Shown here one piece after another: positions 38,385 to 51,219 of a stretch of DNA of 64,000 bases. This stretch comes from Neovahlkampfia damariscottae. Taxonomy: Eukaryota. Positions within the stretch are counted from its first letter, which is position 1, and every line of letters starts with the position of its first letter. The notes beneath the pieces are model-generated. The model was given only the letters and a program-made list of their open reading frames with translations. It searched no databases and was not told the DNA's origin. The stretch lies in contig JABLTG010000113.1 of assembly GCA_016618085.1 (NCBI GenBank), forward strand, positions 1-64,000, written 5' to 3'. Made by a program: the position numbers and the translations under genes.

Positions 38385-39941
38385 TTACATAATTTTTGAA
38401 ATAATTTTGGAGGCATAAAATGGAATTTGGAAATCTATTTCTTTGGTATTTTTTGATAAAATTGAAACGAAATGATTATGAACTGAGGAATACCAATGAA
38501 TAATTAAAGGCTTATGATTGTCATTTAGCGGTGCAAATATAAATTGATGATGTGATTGTATTGGATTTATTCCATCCAATAGATAAACCTTTCTTTCTAA
38601 AGCATTTGCTAAAATAAACATGTGCACATCTGTTGCCCAACCATTATGTCCCAATGCTTTGGTGGTTTTGTAAATTTCCAAAGGATCAATTTGTAATTTT
38701 TCCAAAAATTTGATATAAAATTCTTGACGTTTTAAAAACTCAATTAAAGTTAAAAATCTCATCCAAACATGATATTTTTCTGTTTTATATAAGCAGTATG
38801 AAATTGAACGATAAAAACAATTTCCATCAGCTTTTACATTCACAAATTGATGATGTGTCAATTTTGGATTCATGTATGTATTTTTACTGATTTGTGAAGT
38901 CAAAACAGGTGCAGATGGTATTTTAATATCAATCAATTTTTCGAAACTTGATGAATATTGAAGATCATTCTTCATTGCCTTTTCATTCAATTCCATCAAT
39001 TTTGCTTTGGAATCTTCTTCAAAATCATCTTCGAAATTTTCACGAAATCCATTAAATAATGATTCATCTTTATCATTATTTTCAAATAAATTCAAATTTT
39101 GAATTCCTTCATCAATGGATGGATCTTGATAATTTTGAGACAAGAAATCTTCTTCTTCTTGTTGTTCTTTTTCATTTTCGGAATTTGAGTCATCAACTAA
39201 ACTCAGTCTCTTTTCAAAATTGTTGAATGTCTCATCTTCATCTCTTTTCATTTGATTTTTGTGTTCTTGGAAAAATCCAAAATTTTCATCTGAGTTTTGT
39301 TGATGGAAAAATTGTTTTTTTGGTTTTTCATATTTGAAATTATTGAGTCGTTTTTGTACTGGAAATAACTCTAAATTTCCAAAAACGAGACTATTTTTAT
39401 TTTCATTTAAATTGAATTCTTCTTCTTCAAGTTCTTCTTTTGTTTTTCGAGGATCTTCTTTAAAATTGTATGTCTTTGTTGATATTTCTACTGTTTTATG
39501 AATGTCACCACCAGTTTTATTTTTTACAGTGTCTTTTTTGTATTTTTGTTCAATTTTTTTTGATTGTTTTCTGTTTGAAAATTTATAAATAAAAAATGAT
39601 AAAAAAAATGTAAATATATCCATAAGAAACCAAATTTTAAAGTATAATTCAATAAAATAAAATTGACCCTCAATAACGTTGAAAAAAATTAAAAATCGAA
39701 TAATCAACGAAAAGATAGATGAAAATACTAGTACTGATGATATTCTATGCCATAAATGAAATGGTACTGAGTCTTTTGTTATGAAATAAAACAATGTTGG
39801 AGGAAAAATTGTAGTAAAAAAAATAATTTTTCTTGATGTTGATAATTCTTTCTGTGATATCGATATGTTCTCAAATAAGTAACAAATGAATGTGATGATG
39901 AATGGAAAAGTAACTTTTATCAACTCCAACAGATGATACAT
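38385..39941 (-). CDS. Membrane-anchored OTU-family cysteine protease (deubiquitinase-like)
   Basis: Several N-terminal hydrophobic helices, acidic linker, VKADGNCFYRSIS...GWAT...NHFVSI. Confidence 0.8.
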   Translation of the reverse strand: MYHLLELIKVTFPFIITFICYLFENISISQKELSTSRKIIFFTTIFPPTLFYFITKDSVPFHLWHRISSVLVFSSIFSLIIRFLIFFNVIEGQFYFIELYFKIWFLMDIFTFFLSFFIYKFSNRKQSKKIEQKYKKDTVKNKTGGDIHKTVEISTKTYNFKEDPRKTKEELEEEEFNLNENKNSLVFGNLELFPVQKRLNNFKYEKPKKQFFHQQNSDENFGFFQEHKNQMKRDEDETFNNFEKRLSLVDDSNSENEKEQQEEEDFLSQNYQDPSIDEGIQNLNLFENNDKDESLFNGFRENFEDDFEEDSKAKLMELNEKAMKNDLQYSSSFEKLIDIKIPSAPVLTSQISKNTYMNPKLTHHQFVNVKADGNCFYRSISYCLYKTEKYHVWMRFLTLIEFLKRQEFYIKFLEKLQIDPLEIYKTTKALGHNGWATDVHMFILANALERKVYLLDGINPIQSHHQFIFAPLNDNHKPLIIHWYSSVHNHFVSILSKNTKEIDFQIPFYASKIISKIM

Positions 39942-40154
39942 CTTTTGAATTCTAGTTGGACCAAAAAGAATTCACCAATCATTGTAGAACAAAAAAAAAA
40001 ACCGACAATAGAGCTCCAAAACTACTTTCTTGATACAGTTTAAGAGTTTCAATTTTTTATTTTTCCTATCAAAACTCATAGATCTAATTTTTATCCTTCA
40101 TTTTTTTTGGCCAATTATTCTTTTCAACTCATTCGGTTAACAAAAACACTCAAA

Positions 40155-42214
40155 ATGGAAGAAGTTGAAGAAACAAAACTCAGACTTCTAAAAGGTGAAA
40201 ACATCAAAGAAATTTGGAACAACTGCGAAATTATAACTCATAAAGAAAAAAAAACCACAGAAATCTTGATCATAACAAATTTCAGATATTTATTCTTTTC
40301 GAAAGAATTTCAAAAATTAAACTTGGTAGATCAATTGATCAAGGTGAATCATATTTCAAAATTTATATTTTTTTTCAGAATTCATATTCCATTCCTTTGA
40401 CTTCCATTTTCCAACTTGAAGATGTTTCAACAAAATATTCAAAAGAAAAAAGTTCAAGTCAATTCATTGAAATTAAAAGAAAAGATCATACTACTGTTGT
40501 TTTTGAAAACTCACAAAAAAAAATTTCAGTTGAAAAATTAAATCAATACCTCTCTGTTAACAAGCTTGAAAACTTTTTTGCTTTTGAATTTCAAAAAAAC
40601 TTGGATATTAACTTGAAAGACTTAAAAACTTACGTCACAGAAAAAGAATATGAGAGACAAGTTGATGAATTCAACAAATATTTTAAAGTCAGAAATCAAA
40701 AATTTTGTTCTTCATATCCATCAAAGATAGTTGTACCAAAAGACTGTAAAGATGAAATTTTGAATGGTTCTTCAGAGTTTCGAAGTCAGCAAAGAATTCC
40801 AATTGTTTCTTGGATTCACAACAAAACTAATATACCTTTAATAAGATCAAGTCAACCAAACACAGGTTTAATGGGAAAATCAGAAGATGATGAAAAATTA
40901 ATACAATTATATTCAAAATCAAAAGAGTTGTACATTATTGATTGCCGTCCATGGAAAAATGCTGTAGGAAACAAATTTATTGTAAAAAAGAAATTAACTG
41001 ATTTTTGAATCATAGGGCAAAGGATATGAAAATGTTTCAAATTATGAAAATGTTCATATAGAATTTATGAATATTGACAACATCCATGTCGTCTCAAAAT
41101 CGCTAGAAAAATTTATAACTTCACTCAAAGATGATAAAATTAATACATCAAGTCAAGAATGTTTGGAATGGTTAAACCTTTTGTTTTTAATTTTGGAGGC
41201 ATCTCATAGAGTTGTTTCATTGATAGAAGATTCACATCCAGTTCTTGTACATTGCTCAGGTTTCTTTTGATTTTTTTTTTAAACATTTTCTTTTTTAGAT
41301 GGATGGGATAGAACCAGTGTAGTTTCAGCAATATCACAAATATTACTAGACCCATACTATAGAACTGTTGAAGGATTTTCAGTTTTAATTGAAAAAGAAT
41401 GGATTTCATTTGGTTTTAAATTTCAAGAAAGAAATGATCATTTCAACACTAAATCGAATGAAAAATCACCAATATTTTATCAATTCATACATTGTATATT
41501 ATTAATTTGGATGCAATTTCCAAAATCATTTGAATTTAATCAAAAATTTTTATTTTTTATTTTAGAACAATCCTATTCATGTTTATTTGGTAACTTTTTG
41601 TTCAATAATGAAAAAAACTCAAAAGAAAAAGAAATGGATACATTTTCTATTTGGAACTTTATCAATTTGTCACTTGAATACTTTTTGAATCCAATGTACA
41701 TCAAAAATGAAGAGACTTTAAAACCAACTTCAGAAACATTGTCCAATGATTTTTTTTATATTTGCAAAATGCAATATAGAGATGAAAAAATAACTTTAAA
41801 TGAAACTATGATGCAAGAAATTATTAAATTAAAAAAAGAAAATAATTCTTTGAAAAGATTATTAAAACAATTTCAAGAAAAGAAGAAGTGTAACAAAGAA
41901 GAAATTATTGATATTGTCAATATATTTCAAAAGGAAATTGTAATTAAATTCGAAAATGAAGGTGAAGATCCAATTTATTCTGAAAATGGTGAAAAAAAAT
42001 CAATCCTGTCATCTCTAGTTCCTGAACTACCAATTTCTTTATTTGGAGGTACGAAAAAAGAAACTATCTTATTTTTTTAAAAGCTACAACAACAGCTGTT
42101 GGATTTGCTTTTGGTGGTCCTATTGGAGCATCATTAGGCTTTGGTTTGACTTATTTAGTTGGAAACGCTTTAAAAAATGATGGACAAGAAATGGAAAAAA
42201 CTGAACACGAATAG
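40155..42214 (+). CDS. Myotubularin-family phosphoinositide phosphatase
   Basis: FRSQQRIP, RSSQP, IIDCRP, VLVHCS|DGWDRT, LLDPYYRT, EKEWISFG; Gly-rich hydrophobic C-terminal exon. Confidence 0.92.
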
Positions 42215-42365
42215 AAATTTTTTCCGATAATTTTCCGAATAAAAATTTCCAAATTTGAATCTTTGTTCGCTTTTGATTGAACAACTTTCCTGAAAAAAAA
42301 TAAAAAGAAATAATCCTATTGGTTAAAATTAAATTTTTTCGGTTGGCTGAATTGACGAACGTTGT

Positions 42366-45300
42366 ATGACAGAGTTAGTGGACGTTATTAATACTGATGA
42401 AGCAACTGACAACGCAGATTTCCTTAAGCATGACTTATTTTCTATCAAACCAACAGAGTTGGAAACGATAATTCAAGCAAGAGAGCTAGACGAAGAAGAT
42501 GTTTACGGAACAGTTGAGACGATAGCTGCTGCTTTAAGAGTAGACTTGAAGATTGGTTTGCCAGAAGAAGAATCAAAGTTAAAATATGCTTCAAGAAAAA
42601 AACTGTAAGACTTTCAAAAACAATATTAAAACCGACAAAAGTTATGGAGAAAATATTTATCCTCAGTTACCTGGAAAATGGTTCATTCAATTTTTAATTG
42701 AGTCATTATCACAGCCGTTGTTGATTATTCTCACAATTGTAGGTATTATATCAATTATTTTAGGTTTGGGTTTTTCAGAACCAGACCATCGTTATTTTGC
42801 GTAAGAAAAAAAAACTTCTAGTTAACTATTCAGTTGGATTGAAGGAGCTGCTGTATTATTTGCTGTTGCTGTTGTTGGTGGTGTTTCTGCTTTTAACAAC
42901 TGGGACAAAGAAAGAAAATTTAGAAAATTGAATCAAGAATCACAAGCACAAAATGTAACTGTAATTCGTGGTGGTATAGCTGAAGAAATAAAAACAGACC
43001 AAGTTTTAGTTGGAGACATTATCTCTTTAGACACAGGTACGTTTTACAATTATTTAACAATTTTCTCAGGTAGTGGTATTCCAGCAGATGGTTTGTTTAT
43101 AGGAGGTTTTAATTTAAAAATTGATGAGTCTTCAATGACTGGTGAGCCGATGGCTGTCACCAAAAACGTAAAACATCCATTCTTATTATCAGGTTGCAAT
43201 GTCGAAGAAGGTACTGCAAGAATGATTGCTTTAGCTGTTGGTCCACGTTCAGAGTGGGGTAAAACTTTAGCAAAAATGGGTTCAACACCTCCTACAAAAA
43301 CTCCTCTTCAACATAGATTAGAAAAATTAGCTTTGATTATTGGAAGAGTTGGAGTATTTTTCTCAGTGTTGACGTTTTTGATTTTAACAATTGGATGGCT
43401 TTTGATTGATTGTAAGTGATTGAATATTTTTTAACATTAATTTAATCAGTGATTGGATCTCAAGGATCATCTTTTATTTTCAGAATTCAAGAAGTTAACA
43501 TTATTGTTGGTTTTATTGTAACAGCTATCACTTTAATTGTTGTTGCTATTCCAGAAGGTTTACCTTTAGCAGTTACTTTATCATTAGCTTATTCAATTGG
43601 TAAAATGATGAAAGAAAAACAATTAGTTAGAAATGTATCAGCTTGTGAAACAATGGGTGCTATCACGACTATTTGTTCTGATAAAACTGGAACTTTGACA
43701 GAAAACAAAATGACAGTTGTTACTGGTTATATTGGAGATAAATTTTATCCACAAGATGGTCAAAAAGTTACATTACCAGAAGATAAAGACATTAAACCTG
43801 AAATAGCTGATTTGATTAAATTTGGAATTTGTGTTAATTCAACTGCTCATTTAGCGAAAGAAGAATTAAAACCAAATGATCCAAGATTAAAAGATCCAAA
43901 TTATGTTTTAAAGACAAATTTAGTTGGTAATAAAACTGAAGCTGCAATGTTGAAATTTGTTCAAGATTACTGGAAGACTCCTTATATTGAATATAGAAGC
44001 AAGTATGAAATTCTTGACAGAAAACCATTTTCATCTGAAACTAAAAAAATGTCAACAATCATTCAAAATGATGATTTAGATCATATTGTTCATGTCAAAG
44101 GAGCTTCAGAAATTATTGTATCAGTTTGTGATAAAATCAATGTTGATGGTGAAATTAAGGAATTTACAAAAGAACTAAAAACAGAAATTCTAGAAAAAGT
44201 TAATCGAGTTGCTTCTCAAGGAATTAGAACAATTTGTTTATGCTATCAAAATTTAGGACCAGATTTATTAGTTCATTATGACTCAGATTTAATCTTTTTA
44301 TGTTTACTTGGAATTGAAGATCCACTCCGTAAAGAAGTTCCAGATTGCGTTGAAAAATGTAAAAAAGCTGGAATTAAAGTTCGTATGGTTACAGGAGATA
44401 ATATCTTAACTGCTCAAAAAATCTCACAAGAATGTGGTATTTATGATGGAATTCCTGAAGAATACAAAGTAATGGAAGGACCTGTTTTTAGAGAAATTGC
44501 AAGAAAAACACCAGAAATGTTACCAACTGTTGTCAGAAAATTACAAGTCTTGGCAAGATCTTCACCAGAAGATAAATTAGTACTTGTTCAAGCTTTACAA
44601 AATATTGGAGAAGTTGTAGCTGTAACAGGAGATGGTACAAATGATGCTCCTGCAATGAAAGCAGCTGCTGTTGGTTTAGCTATGGGATCAGGTACACAAG
44701 TCGCAAAAGAAGCTTCAGATATCATTATTCAAGATGATAACTTTGCAACCATTGTCACAGCATGTAAATGGGGTCGTGGAATTTATGAAAATATCAGAAA
44801 GTTTTTACAATTTCAATTAACTGTCAATGTTGTAGCTTTATCATTAGTTTTAGTTACAGCAACTGGAAATGTTATCAAAGGAACACCTGCTGCAACTGAA
44901 TTACCTTTAACAGCTATTCAATTGTTATGGGTGAATCTTATTATGAATTCATTTGCTGCTCTCGGTTTGGCTACTGAAACACCATCAATTAACTTGTTGG
45001 ATCGTCCTCCTTTTAAATCATCAGAATCAATGATCACACCTTATATGTTCACTTCAATTGCAATTCAATCAATGATGCAATTATCAATTTTACTTCCTAT
45101 ATATTATTTCGGTGAAACAATTAATATTTCATCACCATTTTACTTCAACGGTCAACTAATCTTCACCGCAAGTCAAACAAACAAAACATTAGTTTTTAAC
45201 ACATTTGTATTTTTACAATTGTTCAATGAAGTGAATGCAAGAAAAATTTATAAAAATGGTAACTTGAAAAAATAATATCTAATTTCATTTTTAAAAGAAT

Positions 45301-45701
45301 GGAACATTTTGAAGAATTTACATTTATCAATTTTATTTGTTGTTATTTGGTTCATGTGCATTCTTTTTCAAATTATTTTTACTGAATTAGGTAGAGTTCC
45401 AATTGTTTATCAATTTTTACACACAACTGGAATGGATTATATTCAATGGCCAATTTCATTAGGATGTGCATTTTTTTCGACGCTTACTCATTTTATTCTT
45501 GTTAAACCTGTTCACTTTGTTCTTGCACTTGTCCTTGACTTTTTTGAAAAAAGAACAAAGAAAAAAGCTCAAATTAAAGAAGATGAAGCGAGAGAAGCTA
45601 TCATTCAAAAAAGAGAACAAAAATTAAAAGAACACAAGAAAAAGAAAATGCAACTTGTCAGAAGAATTTCAAAAATTGGTCACAACTCAAATGTTTGGTA
45701 A
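42366..45701 (+). CDS. P2B (PMCA-type) P-type ATPase
   Basis: DESSMTGE, PEGLPLAVT, CSDKTGTLT, KGASE, TGDN, TGDGTNDAPA, FLQFQLTVN; five introns. Confidence 0.92.
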
Positions 45702-45867
45702 ATAAACTTTCGTATTCCAATAATTGTGAATTGCACTAAATTATTAGCAGAACCCGCAGAAAATCTTTCATTAATTCATAATTTTTCAAGTTCAAATCTC
45801 TAATTTTTTTCTTTTTTCAAAAATATGGAATTCTAAACCATGGAGTAGAATAATAAGTGATTAAACT

Positions 45868-46498
45868 TTATTTTGATGTTGATCCTTTTTCTCTTTCACG
45901 GATTTTTTTTTGAATTTCTTTTTCTAAATCTTTAGCAAAACCTAAAAAGAACAAATATTCTAACATAACAAATATTGGAGCAATAAATACTTGAAAAAGA
46001 TTATCCATAAGAGCAGGTCTTTTTCCTTCAAATACACCATGACCAACAAATTGAATACCCCAACCAACAACTTGAATAGCAATACAAACATACCAAAAGT
46101 TTTCAGCACTGATTACATGTTGTTCAAGATAATTAGCACCAAGGAAGAATACAAACATTTCAATATTCATAATGATCTATAACTGAGTAAGTTTTTTTTT
46201 TTTTTCACCCCAATTTGAAGATTTAAAGCAAGGTAGTAAAAAACCAAACAAACCATAAGTACAAATCCAAAGTTAGTAGCAATTAAAGGATATGGTTTTA
46301 AGAATTCTGTCACAAATGGAATTGTCATTGGAATTTTTGTAAAGATTAATAAAAACCCAAAAACTAAAGTTGGAACAAAGATGAAGTGGATAAGTTGATT
46401 ACTATGAAGATTTTAAAGTGTCTGTTTTCATCTTACATTGGGTTTTTGTGGTATTCATAATAGTTGCAAAATTGATCTGCTAAACTGAAAACTGCCAT
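45868..46498 (-). CDS. Mpo1/DUF962 family membrane protein
   Basis: YHKNP|NQLIHFIFVP, GWGIQFVGHGVFEGKRPALMDNL. Confidence 0.9.
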
Positions 46499-46680
46499 TG
46501 ACTCAAGTTTCTAATAGGTGTATCATATGATTGGTTGAAAAAACTGCACATTTTTTCTCAAAACTGAGGTGAATTTTTTAAATTAAATTTCGAGATTTGA
46601 ACATGAGATTTGAAATAAAATTCTACTTAAAATTTGAAGTATGTTCATTGGTCAACGTTTTTTTTCAATTCAACAATAAA

Positions 46681-48501
46681 ATGGATGTTACTATTGAAAA
46701 TTTTGAAGATGTTTTGAAAGAAATTGAAGAAAAAATACCAAATTGTTCTTTTGTCTCAATGGATTGTGAATTCACTGGTTTGGAAAAAAGGTAAAAAAAA
46801 CAAAATCAAAAAAATTAAAAAACTTCAAGCCCAGCTGATAAAGTAAAACGTTTAGACAGACTTGAAGATAGATATCAAAAAGTAAAAACTTCAGCTGAAA
46901 ATTTTGCTCTTATTCAATTCGGACTTTGTCTTTGGATGAAAGAAGAAAAAGAAGGAAAAATAGAAAGGTAAAAAAAACCACATCTTATCTAACAACCACA
47001 GTTTTATTGCAAAACCTTACAATTTCTACATTTTTAGAAGAGGTAAAAATGCAGGTTGTTTTACTTGTCAATCAAATTCAATGGAATTTTTAATCAACAA
47101 TGAAATGGATTTCAATAAAGTTATAAATCAAGGTAATATGAATCTAACAGATTAATTAAATTTAAAGGCATAACGTTTTGTAACAAAGAAGAAGAAGAAT
47201 TCATCAAAAATTCTGAACTTGCAAAAAAAACAATGGTTCAAGAAAAAATGGATTTATCATCAATCAATGAACCTACTTTACAAATTGTAAATCAAAATAA
47301 GTAAATATCAAACTTTTTTATTGTTAATTTTCTGAAAATAGAAAAATTGTTAAAGACTGGTTTGAAAACAGTTCAAAAGAATTTTTGGATTTAGAACCTT
47401 GTAATCCTTATATCAGAAGAATATTATATCAAGAAATACCAGAAATAGTTTCTTCAACAAAGATTAAAATGACATCTGAAAAAGATAAAAAAGGAAATTT
47501 TATCAGAGTGAAAAGAATAACAGGTTTCACAGAAACAGTAGATGAAGAAGTAAATAAAATACTAGATAAGGAAGTCGGATTCAGTAAAATCATCAAATTG
47601 TTCGAGAAATATCAACCAATAATCATTGGACACAATTTTTTGTTAGACATGGCACATGTTTTTCATAAATTTTTAAAACCATTACCACCAACACTTAAAG
47701 AATTCAAAAAAGATATATTAACATCATTTCCAAGGTAAATGAAGAATTTTTAACATAATTATTTTTTTTAGGATCATTGACACAAAATACATCACAGAAA
47801 ATTATTTACCATTGAAAAATTATTTCTCAAATACAAGTTTAGAAGAAGTTTTTAAAACAATTAGAACACATTCTGATTTTGAAAATTCAATTGAGTTGAA
47901 CATGGAAGAAGATGAATATCACTCCTCAGATAAATTTCATCAAGCTGGTTATGGTAACTTTATATAAGATTATTTTAAATATTCTGAAATAGATGCTTAT
48001 ATGACAGGTTTTATTTTCATTAAAATGTCCGAATTCATTGGTAAAGAACGTGATAAAATTTTCACTGATTTAACTTCAATTGATCATTTAAAAGATTTCA
48101 AAAATTACATGAATGTGATGCAAAATGATTCTTATATTTGTCTAGATGAAGAAGAGAATCCAATTCAAGACAGATCAAATGTTTTTTATGTCACTAATTT
48201 TCCATCAAAAAATGTTAAAAATGATGATATTCGAAAATTATTCAAAAAATATGGAAGGATTAAAATTGACTGGATAGATGAAACTTCAACATTTGTAACA
48301 TTAGATGATAAACAAAAATCTATTGAATGTTTAGAAGATTTGGCATCCATTGATACATACAGAGTAATTCCATATGATTTGCATCGTAATCCAATCATTC
48401 CTCAATCATCATCCAAAAAGAGAAAAAGAATGGTTGAAGATAAAGAAGAAGAACAAATCTTTAAAAAAAAGAAATCAGAATCTCAATGTATTATTTCTTA
48501 A
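46681..48501 (+). CDS. PARN: Poly(A)-specific ribonuclease PARN-like (CAF1/DEDD, R3H-like, RRM)
   Basis: SMDCEFTGL, QFGLC, MDFNK, GHNFLLD, IDTKY, FHQAGY|DAYMTG, RRM IDWIDETS; ends KKKKSESQCIIS. Confidence 0.88.
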
Positions 48502-48742
48502 TTTCCAATTAATAAAAGTTCCTTTTGTGAAAAAAGCAATCAACAATTGAATTCATTTTCAAATTATTCCATTTAGTGGATAAAGGTTTGTATAGCAAAA
48601 CATCCCATCAATGTTTTCCTTGTATATGTTGCTTTTTTCTTTCTTTGTTGCTGAGACATGGTTTTATGGATAGATCATTTTATTGCCGAGGTTCAATTTT
48701 GAGAATTTGAGATTGAGAAAAATTTTTTTTTGGTTTAATTTT

Positions 48743-49861
48743 TTAGTGATAGTATTTAAATTTGAAATTTACATCTTGACTTTTTTTCCATGCATTTATA
48801 CATTGAAACTGTTTTGTAATTTCTTGAAAGTGTAGATTCCTCTGTAACAAATATTCCCATTTATCAGAAAAGTTACGACTTATTTTGAAATCTACCAAAT
48901 TGAAATTAAACTCCAAGTAGTCCATTAATCCTGTAGATGGTGGTTTTAATCTGTTATATGCGAAACAATTCAAACAAGACAATTTCTTGAGTGATTTATT
49001 GGTTTTAATAAAATTCCCAACACACTCATAACCATCAAGGTTTAATGAATCCATTCTAAATATAGATATCTTATTATTTAAATTCAATGAATTAAAAACT
49101 CGATCAATTTCATTCGTCCAATTTGTCAAGTGATTATGCGAAATTGAAAGTTCCGTCAAAGATTCATTATTTTCAATAATATCACAAATAGTTTGAATAC
49201 TGTCATATAGTGAAATATTAATTTTTTCCAAAATCAAAGTTTTCAAATTTTTCGTTTCTTTAAGGTACAGTTTTGATTCCAATGAGGGAATTGAAGAATG
49301 ATTGGTCACATTTGAAATATCCAAATAGGTTACTGAATCAAATTCAAGTAATGCCATAAATAAATCACTTAATTCTTTTTTTGATAGTAAATTATTAGCT
49401 ACATTTAGTTTTTTTAATCTCCAATTTTTTTTTAGACTACTTGCAATGATTGAAGCACCATCTGCAATTCTATTTTGAGATAAATCAAGTTCTGTAATTT
49501 TTTTGTTATATTCAATTATTTCAGCAATAGGATAACATTCATCTTTTTCCAAGTGGATGTTTGATAAATCAAGAATTTTTATACTTTTGTTTTGTTTTAT
49601 TGATGGAGCAATGTTTTTCATCCATTTTGCTCCAATGACGAATTTTATGTTTAATTTACAGAGTTTTTTGTTAGTTTCTATGTACTCTTGAAGCATCAAA
49701 ATTCCATTTGCTCCATAATTAATACCAAAATGTGGATAAACTAAAATCTCTTCCGAATTTTTGTTTTCTGCAAAGAACTGGGTTAAATCATCATCTCTTT
49801 GTTCCTTTGGTGATTTTTTTTCTACAGGTGGTTCTGTTTTTCCGAGTAGCCAGTTGAACAT
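48743..49861 (-). CDS. RNI-like leucine-rich repeat protein (tandem copy 1)
   Basis: Intronless; repeats ITELDLSQNRI, LKKLNVANN; C-terminal W..SQDVNFKF. Confidence 0.85.
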   Translation of the reverse strand: MFNWLLGKTEPPVEKKSPKEQRDDDLTQFFAENKNSEEILVYPHFGINYGANGILMLQEYIETNKKLCKLNIKFVIGAKWMKNIAPSIKQNKSIKILDLSNIHLEKDECYPIAEIIEYNKKITELDLSQNRIADGASIIASSLKKNWRLKKLNVANNLLSKKELSDLFMALLEFDSVTYLDISNVTNHSSIPSLESKLYLKETKNLKTLILEKINISLYDSIQTICDIIENNESLTELSISHNHLTNWTNEIDRVFNSLNLNNKISIFRMDSLNLDGYECVGNFIKTNKSLKKLSCLNCFAYNRLKPPSTGLMDYLEFNFNLVDFKISRNFSDKWEYLLQRNLHFQEITKQFQCINAWKKSQDVNFKFKYYH

Positions 49862-49942
49862 TCTTCAGTTGAAGTCTTTTTGATGACGTTGAACAAAGGA
49901 GATGATTGGACAATAAATAATTAAAAATTTAATGAGTTTTTT

Positions 49943-51070
49943 CTATTTTGGATTTCTAAACTTAAAATTAAGGTTTAGGAAATTGTTCCAGCTTTTAGGG
50001 CAATAGAATTGATGATTAATTCGCTTTTCTTGACGATTTCTTTTAAGAATATCTTTAATTTTGAATTTGTGCTTTGCTCGGCCTTCATATGTTGTAAAAT
50101 CAGTTAAATTCCAATTTTCGTACATGCATTCGTCAAAATATTTCACTCTATCTTTGTTTATTGGCATCAAGTCGTTCATACTTAAAGTTTCCAATTTGGT
50201 ATTTTTTTTTATAAATTCACCGATCATATAGATGCTACTGGACTCCAATTTCATATTGTCCAACTCTAATTTACGGAGAGTTACATTTTTAGTTAATGCA
50301 TCTAATATCATTTTGCATCCCTTTTCAGTGATCGGGTTCGAAGAGAATGAAATTGAAATTAATGATTTGTTGATTTCCAGAGCTTTAGCAATATCATGTA
50401 GATTGCTTGAATGAAGACTACAATTACTTAGATTTAAATGTTTCAAATGTTCAGTTTTTTCAATATAAGCTGCTAAATCTTTTGGTTGATGCATCAATAA
50501 ATTTCGTGAAATATTCAATTTGGTAACAGAATCATTGATGGCTAATTCAGAAGTCAAAGCGGAAATATCATCATCTAACAAGAATACATCACTAACATTT
50601 AACGATTTTAACGACGAATTTTTCTTTAATGCTTTTGTAATTGCCAGAAAACCTGTGTGATTGATAGTATTCGAGCCAAAGTCTAAACTTGTAATTTTCT
50701 TGTTATTTTCCAAGAGCATAGCAATAGTATTTGATTCATCAACTTCAAAATGACAGTTTTTAAAAGCCAATGTTTTTATATTTCCTGTACTCTTTTCAAT
50801 TGATTTATAAAACCACTTTAACCAATTTTCTCCAATGGCAGAACTAAAAGTGATGGATTTTATGTTTTTATTGTTTTCAATCCACTTTGATATTTTTTCT
50901 ATGCTTTCTGGTGATTCATCAAGTCCGTGCAAAAATGAAGAATTAGGTCCAATAACTAAATCTGTTTGTTTGAAGAACTCTTTCAGTTTTTTATTCACCT
51001 TGGTGCTTTTCTTCAACAAAATCCAGCAAATTACAAACAATGCCAGGCCAACAACAACTGAAGTAACCAT
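49943..51070 (-). CDS. RNI-like LRR protein with an N-terminal TM/signal anchor (tandem copy 2)
   Basis: MVTSVVVGLALFVICWILL; LRR repeats; C-terminal W..FLNLNFKF. Confidence 0.85.
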   Translation of the reverse strand: MVTSVVVGLALFVICWILLKKSTKVNKKLKEFFKQTDLVIGPNSSFLHGLDESPESIEKISKWIENNKNIKSITFSSAIGENWLKWFYKSIEKSTGNIKTLAFKNCHFEVDESNTIAMLLENNKKITSLDFGSNTINHTGFLAITKALKKNSSLKSLNVSDVFLLDDDISALTSELAINDSVTKLNISRNLLMHQPKDLAAYIEKTEHLKHLNLSNCSLHSSNLHDIAKALEINKSLISISFSSNPITEKGCKMILDALTKNVTLRKLELDNMKLESSSIYMIGEFIKKNTKLETLSMNDLMPINKDRVKYFDECMYENWNLTDFTTYEGRAKHKFKIKDILKRNRQEKRINHQFYCPKSWNNFLNLNFKFRNPK

Positions 51071-51219
51071 CTCTGTTCAAAATTTTCAAAATGGAAAAAG
51101 CTAAATGATTGGCAGAAATTTCATCGAATTTTATCCAAATTGGTCGTGACAGATTCAATTCCATATAAAAATTTCCTTTTTAATACCCTTTGAAACATAC
51201 CTCAATTGGAAAATTCCAA

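Noticed and set aside
48500..48700. Short minus-strand ORF with an in-frame TGA (selenoprotein?)
   Set aside because: No redox motif, no visible SECIS, no homology recognised.
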